Source: Macrostomum lignano | Lineage: Eukaryota | NCBI GenBank assembly: GCA_002269645.1 | Contig: NIVC01000527.1 | Coordinates: 1 to 64,000, forward strand | Direction: 5' to 3' | Length of the DNA: 64,000 bases | In this document: positions 25,788 to 38,483 of the stretch, one piece after another | Layout: each line of letters begins with the position of its first letter | Position numbering within the stretch: the first letter of the stretch is position 1 | Position numbers and translations under genes: made by a program | The notes under the pieces: generated by a model | Told to the model about the DNA's origin: nothing | The model's database searches: none | What the model saw: only the letters and a program-made list of their open reading frames with translations

Positions 25788-26378
25788 AATAATACCCCAC
25801 TCAAGAATATTCCCTCAAAATACCCCGCTACAGAATATTCCCTCAAAATACCCCGGTACGGAATATTCCCTCAAAATACCCTGCTACGGAATATTCCCTC
25901 AAAATACCCCGCTACAGAATATTCCCTCAAAATACCCCGCTACAGAATATTCCCTCAAAATACCCCGCTACGGAATATTCCCTCAAAATACCCCGCTACG
26001 GAATATTCCCTCAAAATATCCCGCTACAGAATATTCCCTCAAAATACCCCGCTACAGAATATTCCCTCAAAATACCCCGCTACAGAATATTCCCTCAAAA
26101 TACCCCGCTACAGAATATTCCCTCAAAATACCCCGCTACGGAATATTCCCTCAAAATACCCCGCTACAGAATATTCCCTCAAAATACTCCGCTACAGAAT
26201 ATTCCCTCAAAATACCCCGCTGCAGAATATTCCCTCAAAATACCCCGCTACAGAATATTCCCTCAAAATACCCCGCTACAGAATATTCCCTCAAAATACC
26301 CCGCTACAGAATCTTCCCTCAAAATACCCCGCTACAGAATATTCCCTCAAAATACCCCGCTACAGAATATTCCCTCAT
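25788..26378. repeat. 28-bp minisatellite, ~20 copies
   Basis: Unit tac(a/g)gaatattccctcaaaataccccgc. Confidence 0.95.
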
Positions 26379-27073
26379 AATATGTCCGTATAATTCTCCA
26401 CAGCATCCCATTGACTGGCCTGACGTGTCAGCTGTTGAATTTGAGGTAAAAGATGTGACGAGAGAGGAAGCGAGTGCTGAATTGAAGAGAGCGTTGGGCA
26501 GCTGAGCAACTGAGGATATTTGATGATGCCAATGATGAGGAATCCATTTGGGATGAGGAATCTGGAGGCTGCCAGACTGGGGGATCAGACAGTTTCAATA
26601 TGGTAAGCGATATTAAAAAGCTAGCAGCCTGTCTCCTTGAGTGCGGTAAAGCGTTGAGAAGTTCAGCTCATACTATAAGGAAGTTTGCTGCTCCCATCAA
26701 ATCCCAGTATAAAAGTGCTCTTCTTGAGCCGCCAGAAGGAATCCCCTCCCCTGAAAAAAAGTGAACCGGACGTTTTTCCGGAAGTTCATCAATTTTCATC
26801 TGAATGGCTGGAAAACCGACAAAATTGCTTTAAAAATAGCGGCAAACAAAACTCTCTCAGCCTCGTCTTTGGCTAACAAACATCGTCAAGAATAATCGAG
26901 AATTGACTGCCGCTCGCTTAGGAAGCAGTTACACAGCTCTTCAGCAATTTTTTACTGTTTAATGATCACACGATGGTGCCGACTGCCGAGTGTGGAACTT
27001 CCTGGGGACGGCACTGAGACTGAGAGGACATAAAAGAAACATTTTAGAGACTGCCAGACACTGTAGGGGACGC

Positions 27074-27462
27074 CAGGGGCGTCGCCATGGATTTTATGAT
27101 GGGGGGACAAAGCCTAGAATTCTACATGTACATTTTTTCAGAATCTGTGTTGGCAGCTCTCATTTTGGCGCCACAGGCACTCATTTTGGCGCCGCAGGCA
27201 CTCATTTTTAGCGCCGCAGGCACTCATTTTTAGCGCCGCAGGCACTCATTTTAGCGCCGCAAGCACTCGTTTTGGCGCCGTAGGCACTCGTTTTAGTGCC
27301 ACAGGTGCTATATATTTTGTCGCCTGGAAGCAAAATTATTGATTTCCAAAACAGGTCACAAGGTTAGATGGGGGGACAAAACATTCGCATGTCCCCCCCC
27401 CATAGCTGCTTTTACTTTCGGGGACATGTCCCCCCTGTCCCCTCCAGGTGGCGACACACCTG
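27074..27462. mobile_element. hAT-type MITE (389 bp) with 8-bp TSD
   Basis: TSD GGGGACGC at 27066-27073 and 27463-27470. TIRs caggggcgtcgcca / tggcgacacacctg (12 of 14 match). Internal 22-23-bp repeats cattttggcgccgcaggcact. Confidence 0.85.
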
Positions 27463-27477
27463 GGGGACGCTGCAATT

Positions 27478-28305
27478 GGACACTGAAGGGACACTGAAGG
27501 GACACTGAAGGGACACTGAAGGGACACTGAAGGGACACTGAAGGGAACTGAAGGGACACTGAAGGGTCACTGAAAGGACACTGAAGGGACACTGAAGGGA
27601 CACTGAAGGGACACTGAAGGGACACTGAAGGGACACTGAAGGGACACTGAAGGGACAGTGAAGGAGCACTGAAGGGACACTGAAGGGACACTGAAGGGAC
27701 ACTGAAGGGACACTGAAGGGACACTGAAAGGACACTGAAGGGACACTGAAGGGACACTGAAGGGACACTGAAGGGACACTGAAGGGACACTGAAGGGACA
27801 CTGGAGGGACACTGAAAGGACACTGAAGGGACACTGAAGGGACACTGAAGGGACACTGGGGGGACACTGAAAGGACACTGAAGGGACACTGAAGGAACAC
27901 TGAAGGGACACTGAAGGGACACTGGGGGGACACTGAAAGGACACTGAAGGGACACTGAAGGAACACTGAAGGGACACTGAAGAGACACTGAAGGGACACT
28001 GAAGGAGCACTGAAGGGACACTGAAGGGACACTGAAAGGACACTGAAGGGACACTGAAGGGACACTGAAGGGACACTGAAGGGACACTGAAGGGACACTG
28101 AAGGGACACTGAAGGGACACTGAAGGGACACTGTAAGGGACACTGAAGGGACACTGTAAGGGACACTGAAGGGACACGTAAGGGACACTGAAGGGACACT
28201 GTAAGGGACACTGAATGGACACTGAAGGGACACTGAAGGAACACTGAATGGACACTGTAGGGACGCTGCAAACGGACACTGAAGGGACACTGAAGGGACA
28301 ATGTA
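27478..28305. repeat. 11-bp minisatellite
   Basis: Unit gggacactgaa. Confidence 0.95.
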
Positions 28306-28825
28306 GGGACTCAGTAAGTCACAAACAGTTGTTCAATAGTGCGATAGTGGAAATAAAATTTAACGCAGTGGCGCATGCTGCAAGTGCGTGTCCCCCCCGT
28401 AGGAGTGCCTGTTTGCTAACAGGCTGTCCGGCCTGTGATTGGCCACAGAGCCGCCATAAAATCCAGTTGAGTCCAGAAGGTCTCTCTCTCTCTCTCTCTC
28501 TCTCTCCTACGAAAAGCGCGCTACTCAGAGAGAGAAACGGGAGAACGACTTGAGCTGCAATTCTCTCACACTACAGCGCAGACAAGCGGCCCACTTCAAA
28601 ATCGGATTCAACAGAGATCGGGAAATCTGCGGCCAATTTGAAAAGCGCCCCCCCCTCAAGCTCCTGGCCAGCCGAAGTCCCCCACTGCACCGGGGTGAGC
28701 AAACAAGTGAGCCGCGATCCCACTGGTATCGTGTTTGTCCTGTACGACCAGCACAGCCTTGTGTGTTTGCACTAGTGGTACTCGTATTGAATAATAACTA
28801 GCCCAAGTGTATATACTGCAGTATT

Positions 28826-31800
28826 GACTAGTTCACCTGCCGATCAGGAAGATTCAGCTTGTCTGGATTTTGAGCCAAAGACTGTCATTTAGATGGCTAG
28901 TTCACCTGCCGATCAGGAAGATTCAGCTTGTCTGGATTTTGAGCCAAAGACTGTCATTTAGATGGCTAGTTCACCTGCCGATCAGGAAGATTCAGCTTGT
29001 CTGGATTTTGAGCCAAAGACTGTCATTTAGATGGCTAGTTCACCTGCCGATCAGGAAGATTCAGCTTGTCTGGATTTTGAGCCAAAGACTGTCATTTAGA
29101 TGGCTAGTTCACCTGCCGATCAGGAAGATTCAGCTTGTCTGGATTTTGAGCCAAAGACTGTCATTTAGATGGCTAGTTCACCTGCCGATCAGGAAGATTC
29201 AGCTTGTCTGGATTTTGAGCCAAAGACTGTCATTTAGATGGCTAGTTCACCTGCCGATCAGGAAGATTCAGCTTGTCTGGATTTTGAGCCAAAGACTGTC
29301 ATTTAGATGACTAGTTCACCTGCCGATCAGGAAGATTCAGCTTGTCTGGATTTTGAGCCAAAGACTGTCATTTAGATGGCTAGTTCACCTGCCGATCAGG
29401 AAGATTCAGCTTGTCTGGATTTTGAGCCAAAGACTGTCATTTAGATGGCTAGTTCACCTGCCGATCAGGAAGATTCAGCTTGTCTGGATTTTGAGCCAAA
29501 GACTGTCATTTAGATGGCTAGTTCACCTGCCGATCAGGAAGATTCAGCTTGTCTGGATTTTGAGCCAAAGACTGTCATTTAGATGGCTAGTTCACCTGCC
29601 GATCAGGAAGATTCAGCTTGTCTGGATTTTGAGCCAAAGACTGTCATTTAGATGGCTAGTTCACCTGCCGATCAGGAAGATTCAGCTTGTCTGGATTTTG
29701 AGCCAAAGACTGTCATTTAGATGGCTAGTTCACCTGCCGATCAGGAAGATTCAGCTTGTCTGGATTTTGAGCCAAAGACTGTCATTTAGATGGCTAGTTC
29801 ACCTGCCGATCAGGAAGATTCAGCTTGTCTGGATTTTGAGCCAAAGACTGTCATTTAGATGGCTAGTTCACCTGCCGATCAGGAAGATTCAGCTTGTCTG
29901 GATTTTGAGCCAAAGACTGTCATTTAGATGGCTAGTTCACCTGCCGATCAGGAAGATTCAGCTTGTCTGGATTTTGAGCCAAAGACTGTCATTTAGATGG
30001 CTAGTTCACCTGCCGATCAGGAAGATTCAGCTTGTCAGGATTTTGAGCCAAAGACTGTCATTTAGATGGCTAGTTCACCTGCCGATCAGGAAGATTCAGC
30101 TTGTCTGGATTTTGAGCCAAAGACTGTCATTTAGATGGCTAGTTCACCTGCCGATCAGGAAGATTCAGCTTGTCTGGATTTTGAGCCAAAGACTGTCATT
30201 TAGATGACTAGTTCACCTGCCGATCAGGAAGATTCAGCTTGTCTGGATTTTGAGCCAAAGACTGTCATTTAGATGGCTAGTTCACCTGCCGATCAGGAAG
30301 ATTCAGCTTGTCTGGATTTTGAGCCAAAGACTGTCATTTAGATGGCTAGTTCACCTGCCGATCAGGAAGATTCAGCTTGTCTGGATTTTGAGCCAAAGAC
30401 TGTCATTTAGATGACTAGTTCACCTGCCGATCAGGAAGATTCAGCTTGTCTGGATTTTGAGCCAAAGACTGTCATTTAGATGACTAGTTCACCTGCCGAT
30501 CAGGAAGATTCAGCTTGTCTGGATTTTGAGCCAAAGACTGTCATTTAGATGGCTAGTTCACCTGCCGATCAGGAAGATTCAGCTTGTCTGGATTTTGAGC
30601 CAAAGACTGTCATTTAGATGGCTAGTTCACCTGCCGATCAGGAAGATTCAGCTTGTCTGGATTTTGAGCCAAAGACTGTCATTTAGATGGCTAGTTCACC
30701 TGCCGATCAGGAAGATTCAGCTTGTCTGGATTTTGAGCCAAAGACTGTCATTTAGATGGCTAGTTCACCTGCCGATCAGGAAGATTCAGCTTGTCTGGAT
30801 TTTGAGCCAAAGACTGTCATTTAGATGGCTAGTTCACCTGCCGATCAGGAAGATTCAGCTTGTCTGGATTTTGAGCCAAAGACTGTCATTTAGATGGCTA
30901 GTTCACCTGCCGATCAGGAAGATTCAGCTTGTCTGGATTTTGAGCCAAAGACTGTCATTTAGATGGCTAGTTCACCTGCCGATCAGGAAGATTCAGCTTG
31001 TCTGGATTTTGAGCCAAAGACTGTCATTTAGATGGCTAGTTCACCTGCCGATCAGGAAGATTCAGCTTGTCTGGATTTTGAGCCAAAGACTGTCATTTAG
31101 ATGGCTAGTTCACCTGCCGATCAGGAAGATTCAGCTTGTCTGGATTTTGAGCCAAAGACTGTCATTTAGATGGCTAGTTCACCTGCCGATCAGGAAGATT
31201 CAGCTTGTCAGGATTTTGAGCCAAAGACTGTCATTTAGATGGCTAGTTCACCTGCCGATCAGGAAGATTCAGCTTGTCTGGATTTTGAGCCAAAGACTGT
31301 CATTTAGATGGCTAGTTCACCTGCCGATCAGGAAGATTCAGCTTGTCTGGATTTTGAGCCAAAGACTGTCATTTAGATGACTAGTTCACCTGCCGATCAG
31401 GAAGATTCAGCTTGTCTGGATTTTGAGCCAAAGACTGTCATTTAGATGGCTAGTTCACCTGCCGATCAGGAAGATTCAGCTTGTCTGGATTTTGAGCCAA
31501 AGACTGTCATTTAGATGGCTAGTTCACCTGCCGATCAGGAAGATTCAGCTTGTCTGGATTTTGAGCCAAAGACTGTCATTTAGATGGCTAGTTCACCTGC
31601 CGATCAGGAAGATTCAGCTTGTCTGGATTTTGAGCCAAAGACTGTCATTTAGATGGCTAGTTCACCTGCCGATCAGGAAGATTCAGTTTGTCAGGATTTT
31701 GAGCCAAAAACTGTCATTTAGATGGCTAGTTCACCTGCCGATCAGGAAGATTCAGCTTGTCTGGATTTTGAGCCAAAGACTGTCATTTAGATGGCTAGTT

Positions 31801-32898
31801 CACCTGCCGATCAGGAAGATTCAGTTTGTCAGGATTTTGAGCCAAAGACTGTCATTTAGATGGCTAGTTCACCTGCCGATCAGGAAGATTCAGCTTGTCT
31901 GGATTTTGAGCCAAAGACTGTCATTTAGATGGCTAGTTCACCTGCCGATCAGGAAGATTCAGCTTGTCTGGATTTTGAGCCAAAAACTGTCATTTAGATG
32001 GCTAGTTCACCTGCCGATCAGGAAGATTCAGTTTGTCAGGATTTTGAGCCAAAGACTGTCATTTAGATGGCTAGTTCACCTGCCGATCAGGAAGATTCAG
32101 CTTGTCTGGATTTTGAGCCAAAGACTGTCATTTAGATGGCTAGTTCACCTGCCGATCAGGAAGATTCAGCTTGTCTGGATTTTGAGCCAAAGACTGTCAT
32201 TTAGATGGCTAGTTCACCTGCCGATCAGGAAGATTCAGCTTGTCTGGATTTTGAGCCAAAGACTGTCATTTAGATGGCTAGTTCACCTGCCGATCAGGAA
32301 GATTCAGCTTGTCTGGATTTTGAGCCAAAGACTGTCATTTAGATGACTAGTTCACCTGCCGATCAGGAAGATTCAGCTTGTCTGGATTTTGAGCCAAAGA
32401 CTGTCATTTAGATGGCTAGTTCACCTGCCGATCAGGAAGATTCAGCTTGTCTGGATTTTGAGCCAAAGACTGTCATTTAGATGGCTAGTTCACCTGCCGA
32501 TCAGGAAGATTCAGCTTGTCTGGATTTTGAGCCAAAGACTGTCATTTAGATGGCTAGTTCACCTGCCGATCAGGAAGATTCAGCTTGTCAGGATTTTGAG
32601 CCAAAGACTGTCATTTAGATGGCTAGTTCACCTGCCGATCAGGAAGATTCAGCTTGTCAGGATTTTGAGCCAAAGACTGTCATTTAGATGGCTAGTTCAC
32701 CTGCCGATCAGGAAGATTCAGCTTGTCAGGATTTTGAGCCAAAGACTGTCATTTAGATGGCTAGTTCACCTGCCGATCAGGAAGATTCAGCTTGTCAGGA
32801 TTTTGAGCCAGAGACTGTCATTTAGATGGCTAGTTCACCTGCCGATCAGGAAGATTCAGCTTGTCAGGATTTTGAGCCAGAGACTGTCATTTAGATGG
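28826..32898. repeat. 69-bp tandem array, 59 near-identical copies
   Basis: Unit gctagttcacctgccgatcaggaagattcagcttgtctggattttgagccaaagactgtcatttagatg; 4073 bp / 69 = 59. Confidence 0.97.
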
Positions 32899-33404
32899 AG
32901 AAAATTAAGTCAATCAAATCTCCCTTTGTCTCAGGCGCATTGTGACAAGGCACGCGCACAGTGTTTAGCTAAAAAAAACAGTTTGCTGTTTTTAACCCTG
33001 TGGTAGTTAAAGTGCTGGGACAGCTTCTTATCTCCCTGCGCTGCAACAAATGTCATAGAATCGCTGTTATCGCTAGACCGGAACAAATGCACCCGAATTA
33101 TTACCCTGGCGTGTAACAGGCCTTCTATGCTCACTGACTCCGTCTTATCGAGCTGCGCAAAGAATATACTGATTGTGGAGTAGTTCTGCTTCCTCAAACT
33201 GTGAGTTCCAGAATCTACTTAGAGAAATTCTCAACGCTTGGAATGAAGTTCAGTAATTGAAAAAACACCAATATTTGCAGTGCAAGTGGCAAGTGGCTCT
33301 CGTGACCTTCTTAGAAAACTCGTTGCAGATAAAAAGTAAATGGGAATTTAGATAGTCAAAACGGGACGTCATATAGACATTCAAGGCAGGCCGCAGATCA
33401 CACA

Positions 33405-33601
33405 ATGGGCCGTATGCAGAAAGCTCTGTCCAGGGTAGTCCGGTCTTGAAAAGCTAGTCTAGACTTGGATTTGGTATGCAGAAACACAAAGTTAGACCAG
33501 TCTACTATAGCAGAACTAGGGTAGCTAGACCATAGACTATAGACTGAACTACCCAAGTCCGGACTAGCTAGTCTGGACTAGGCTTTCTGCATACGGCCCA
33601 T
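33405..33601. mobile_element. Small MITE-like palindrome (197 bp)
   Basis: Perfect 20-bp inverted termini atgggccgtatgcagaaagc / gctttctgcatacggcccat. No clear TSD. Confidence 0.7.
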
Positions 33602-33773
33602 GGACTTAAGCAGTTTAGCAAAGTCTACTAAGGGAGGCTTGGCCATAGACTATAACTTTGGACATTCAATATGGGAAAAAGCCATTCAAAACGGGAATTG
33701 GACTGGGATTTTATCGCTCTCGGTCCCTCCCTCCCCTGTTTGCTCATCTCTGGCCTAAAAGCGACCCCATTCA

Positions 33774-34095
33774 ATGGCGCCACCAATTCCTGCAGCAAAT
33801 CGCCAGCGGCTGATTGATGCGATGATTGAACAAGGGTCATCCATCGCAGCAGCTGCAAGAATCTTGCAAATCAAGAAAACAACCGCATTCCGAATCGCTG
33901 CCAACTTTCGACTCGATGGCAGAGTGCAGACTCCCTTCCCCGCGGTGGTCGAAAAGACAGGATTGTGCAAGGCCGACTAGGAAATGAGAGAATTATTGGT
34001 TGAGAAACTCGATGAAAATCCTTTCCTGACGCTCAAGGAATTATCGGAACTGCTAGATGCTAGAAACTGCCAGAAAAAATACATTAAATTGGACA
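33774..34095 (+). pseudogene. Tc1/IS630-like transposase N-terminal HTH remnant
   Basis: RQRLIDAMIEQGSSIAAAARILQIKKTTAFRIAANFRLDGRV, an in-frame stop, then EMRELLVEKLDENPFLTLKELSELL. This is the two-HTH pattern of Tc1/IS630 transposases; no catalytic domain is visible. Confidence 0.6.
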
Positions 34096-34545
34096 AATTC
34101 CCGTTTTGAATGTCCATTCTACATTTTATGGTTGTGCATTCCCAAGCAGCCCGAGTCTGTGACCTGGCTTGAATGTCCATGGCGTCCTGTCTTGATTGTC
34201 CAAATTCTATTCAACCAATGTTTTTACTTTCTTCTATGGTAAAAACACCATCTATGGCACAGGCACAGAGCATTGAATTTAAGACGCAGAGCAGGTTAAT
34301 TTAGACAAGTGGAGCTTCAGAGTCCACTTGACAAATCAATCCACAGAGGACCTGGGGTTCCATGGTACTGCAGATAATCACGGAGTCAGGCGTAGATGTC
34401 AATCACGGTTGCCAAGAGTGCAGCCATGGTTGGCTCACACACTGCGCTTCCTGCCGCGCAGCTTGACCAGTAATAACATCTGATTGAGCACACGAGAATC
34501 TGCAGCATTGCTGTTTCTTCACCACCCTTGAGCGACTGTGTCAGT

Positions 34546-35105
34546 TTCAAGCGAAGCCATTCGTGCATCCATTATGAGCAAAGTCGTGTCACAAAAGGAG
34601 ACTTCGAAGACGAACCTCGCAGTGGCAGACCCAGGACCTCCACCAGCCAGAGTGTCATCGACAATGTATAGAACCTCCTTAACGAGGACAAATGAGTGAC
34701 TGTTGCTGAGAAAGCAGAGGCCTGTGGCATCAGTTATGGCAGCGCGTAGTCCATCCTGACGGTCCATCCTGGGAATGTCGAAGGTTTTTGCCAGATGGGT
34801 GCCAAAACTCGATCCTGAGATTCAGCGTGCAATCGTGCCGTCAATGAAGAATCGGATGGTTACCATCTTCTGGAATCATCAAAGGGTGCTGCTGATCGAG
34901 TGGTTGCCTGAGAAGCAGACGGGTCACGGGAGAGTCCTACGTTGCTACAATACGTTGCGCCAGCTGAAGGAAGCAATCAAGGACAAGAGGCGTGACAAGG
35001 TCATCAGGGCCATCCGACTGCTCCATGACAACTGCCTGCCGCGAGCTGAGGTTCGAGCAGCTCCCTCACTCTGCTCATTCGCCAGACTCGCTGCGAGGGG
35101 GTCAA
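34546..35105 (+). pseudogene. Decayed mariner transposase
   Basis: FEDEPRSGRPRTS, VTVAEKAEACGISYGS, ARWVPKL, MVTIFWN...LLIEWLP, LLHDN and EQLPHSAHSPD motifs, with stops, frameshifts and deletions. Confidence 0.85.
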
Positions 35106-35779
35106 GTGCGCGTCACTTTGCGTGGGAACTTTGTTGAGAGGACGATTAACAGTGTTAATTTTTTGTCTCTAATCAGGAAAGTGATAGAGAACTTTCTGAT
35201 TGTCCATCCTCCTAATATTAGCATGACTTGCTTGCCTCCTCCCCTCTGCAAACCCTCAAACTAAGGCTCAAGCAACTTAGGATCCCGGAGGCTGGCGGCC
35301 CGGTGCATTTCAGCAAAGAGCAGTCGTAGGGTAATTATCAATCATGCCAATGTGAGTCGCATTGAAGGGCCCGATCGCGTGAGAGGTGAAGCGCCTTGCT
35401 ACCCTTCCCCTAACTAAGCCTTTGTCGGCACCCGGACCTGTGAGTTGGTCAGAGTCAGAGAGAGCGGATCGCTAGAGGGGGTGGGGGTGGGTAACCTGCA
35501 GTGTTCCAGTCTGTGTATAGTTAACACTGAGCTGTAAAAATGCTAAATATTGATTAATGACAGGGGCAGAGACAGCAGCACTGGCTGAACTGTGCGCATG
35601 CTTAGAGGAACACCGCACGCTATAGCGTCAAAATTTTGTAACAGTTTTTTTTTCAGCCGCTGTTGAACAATCTACGTAACACTGTAGCTGTCTGTCCGGC
35701 CGTGCTTGCAGTCATCGGGTTCCGTTACCAATTCTAGAACCTTGATGCTAAGCAATAATATTTATTAAACATTATCTCA

Positions 35780-38472
35780 GTGAAATCACCCCCCAGATCC
35801 TCCTCAAATCACCCCCTCAAATCACCCCTCAAATCACCTCTCTAATCACCCCTCAAATCACCCATCAAATCACCCCTCAAATAGCCCCTTAAATCGCCCC
35901 GGGATAGCGACGTTTGCCAGCCGACGTTTGCCAGCGGGACGTTTGCCAGCCGACGTTTGCCTGCGGGACGTTTGCCTGCGGGACGTTTGCCAGCCGACGT
36001 TTGCCAGCCGACGTTTGCCTGCGGGACGTTTGCCAACCGACGTTTGCCAGCCGACATTTGCCTGCGAGACTTTTGCCAGCCGACGTTTGCCTGCGGGACG
36101 GTTGCCAGCCGACGTTTGCCAGCCGACGTTTGCCTGCGGGACGTTTGCCAGCCGACGTTTGCCTGCGGGACGTTTGCCAGCCGACGTTTGCCAGCCGACG
36201 TTTGCCAGCCGACGTTTGCCAGCCGACGTTTGCCAGCCGACGTTTGCCAGCCGACGTTTGCCAGCCGACGTTTGCCAGCCGACGTTTGCCAGCCGACGTT
36301 TGCCTGCGGGACGTTTGCCAGCCGACGTTTGCCAGCCGACGTTTGCCAGCCGACGTTTGCCAACCGACGTTTGCCAGCCGACATTTGCCAACCGACGTTT
36401 GCCAGCCGACATTTGCCTGCGAGACTTTTGCCAGCCGACGTTTGCCAGCCGACGTTTGCCAGCCGACATTTGCCAACCGACGTTTGCCAGCCGACATTTG
36501 CTTGCGAGACTTTTGCCAGCCGACGTTTGCCAGCCGACGTTTGCCAGCCGACATTTGCCAACCGACGTTTGCCAGCCGACATTTGCCTGCGAGACTTTTG
36601 CCGGCCGACGTTTGCCAGCCAACATTAAGTCAGTAAGTGAAAAATTTGATACTGAAATATTCGCAGTTTAGCGGATTGAAAAATGTTTTTTTAGTCCAAC
36701 TTTTTGACGGTTATTCGCATATATAAAAGTTCGAAAACAAAATCTATACAAATTATGCAGTTCATCAATCTAGCATCCAGTTTAACAACAATTTCTTTGA
36801 ATGTGAAAATATTATAAAGTTTACTTCTGACGGCTTTGTATCGCTTTTCCCAGTTTGAGATGTTTGATTTCTGATTTGCGAAGGAAGACGCGCAAATTTA
36901 AACGGCAATCTCCAGCGAGCCAAGTTTTGAGCAAATAAAAGACCTGCTGAACGATAGTTCTGGCTTATATATTTCCCAGTTCATTACGAGATCCAAAAGT
37001 AAGCGAATTAATTCCAATGCAGCTTGTCAAGTGCACGCTGTCATCGCCAAACTCCGTTAAGCAGAGTTTGGCTTTTGAGTTAAGTATATATAGGCGAGAC
37101 TAAGCCAATGCCATTATGGATGTCTCAGTCCCATTCAGCTTGTAAACACTTAGCTTGGTTGGCCACTGAGATGGAAAGGGCCATTCCATGGCATTCATAG
37201 ACATCAACTGTGACGATGGAAACTCCTATTTTGTATTTTTACCTTCCTATTTAGGCAGAAAAGAGCAACAACTTCAATAAGCCTGAACAGTAGTTTGTTA
37301 GTAACCTGTATATTTAATAGCAGTGTAGGGAGCGAGCTGGAATTAGATTCCTGTGTCCTGTGCTGTGTCCACAGTTTTCAAATGCAAGTACATGTAAGCC
37401 AAGAGAGGGCGTACTTCTTTAACCAATTGCCGCCTGCAAATGTCCGGCAGGCAAACGTCGGTTGGCAAACGTCGGCTGGCAAAAGTCTCGCAGGCAAACG
37501 TCGGCTGGCAAACGTCGGCTGGCAAAAGTCTCGCAGGCAAATGTCGGCTGGCAAACGTCGGCTGGCAAAAGTCTCGCAGGCAAACGTCGGCTGGCAAACG
37601 TCGGCTGGCAAAAGTCTCGCAGGCAAACGTCGGCTGGCAAACATCGGCTGGCAAAACTCTCGCAGGCAAATGTCGGCTGGCAAACGTCGGTTGGCAAATG
37701 TCGGCTGGCAAACGTCGGTTGGCAAACGTCGGCTGGCAAACGTCGGCTGGCAAACGTCGGCTGGCAAACGTCGGCTGGCAAACGTCGGCTGGCAAAAGTC
37801 TCGCAGGCAAACGTCGGCTGGCAAACATCGGCTGGCAAAACTCTTGCAGGCAAATGTCGGCTGGCAAACGTCGGCTGGCAAACGTCGGCTGGCAAACGTC
37901 CCGCAGGCAAACGTCGGCTGGCAAACGTCGGCTGGCAAACGTCCCGCAGGCAAACGTCGGCTGGCAAACGTCGTAGACCCAATCGCCCCTTAAATTAACC
38001 CTTAAATCAACCTTCAAATCGTCCGTCAAATCACCCCTCAAATCAACTCTCAAATCGCCCCTCAAATCATCCCTCAAATCACCCCTCAAATCACTCCTCA
38101 AATCGCCCTTCAAATCGCCCCTCAAATCACCCCTCAAATCATCCCTCAAATCGCCCCTCAAATCGCCCCTCAAATCACCCCTCAAATCGCCCCTCAAATC
38201 ACCCCTCAAATCACCCCTCAAATCACCCCTCAAATCACCCCTCAAATCACCTCTCTAATCACCCCTCAAATCGCCCCTCAAATCACCCATCAAATCACCT
38301 CTCTAATCACCCATCAAATCACCCCTCAAATCACCCCTTAAATCACTCCTCGAATCATCCCTCAAATCACCCCTCAAATCGCCCCTCAAATCACCCATCA
38401 AATCACCCCTCAAATCACCCCTTAAATCACCCCTCAAATCACCCCTCAAATCACCCCCCAAATCGCCCCTCA
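35780..38472. repeat. 12-bp minisatellite (aaatcacccctc)n split by the 35901-37980 element
   Basis: Same-orientation blocks at 35780-35900 and 37981-38472. Confidence 0.9.
35901..37980. mobile_element. Foldback/Mutator-like non-autonomous element (2080 bp), arms built of 14-bp repeats, 9-bp TSD
   Basis: TSD aatcgcccc at 35892-35900 and 37981-37989; GGG...CCC termini. Left arm (gccagccgacgttt)n at 35908-36620, inverted right arm at 37435-37973, AT-rich spacer with no recognisable ORF. Confidence 0.8.
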
Positions 38473-38483
38473 AGTGACTCAGC

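Noticed and set aside
27356-28301. SVPSVSLQCPF repeat ORFs
   Set aside because: Translation of the 11-bp satellite in all three frames.
28870-33006. ORFs of 146-307 aa made of WLVHLPIRKIQLVWILSQRLSFR, and the array as a possible CRISPR
   Set aside because: Satellite translation broken by sporadic TGA variants. Units are contiguous with no unique spacers, there are no cas genes, and the context is eukaryotic.
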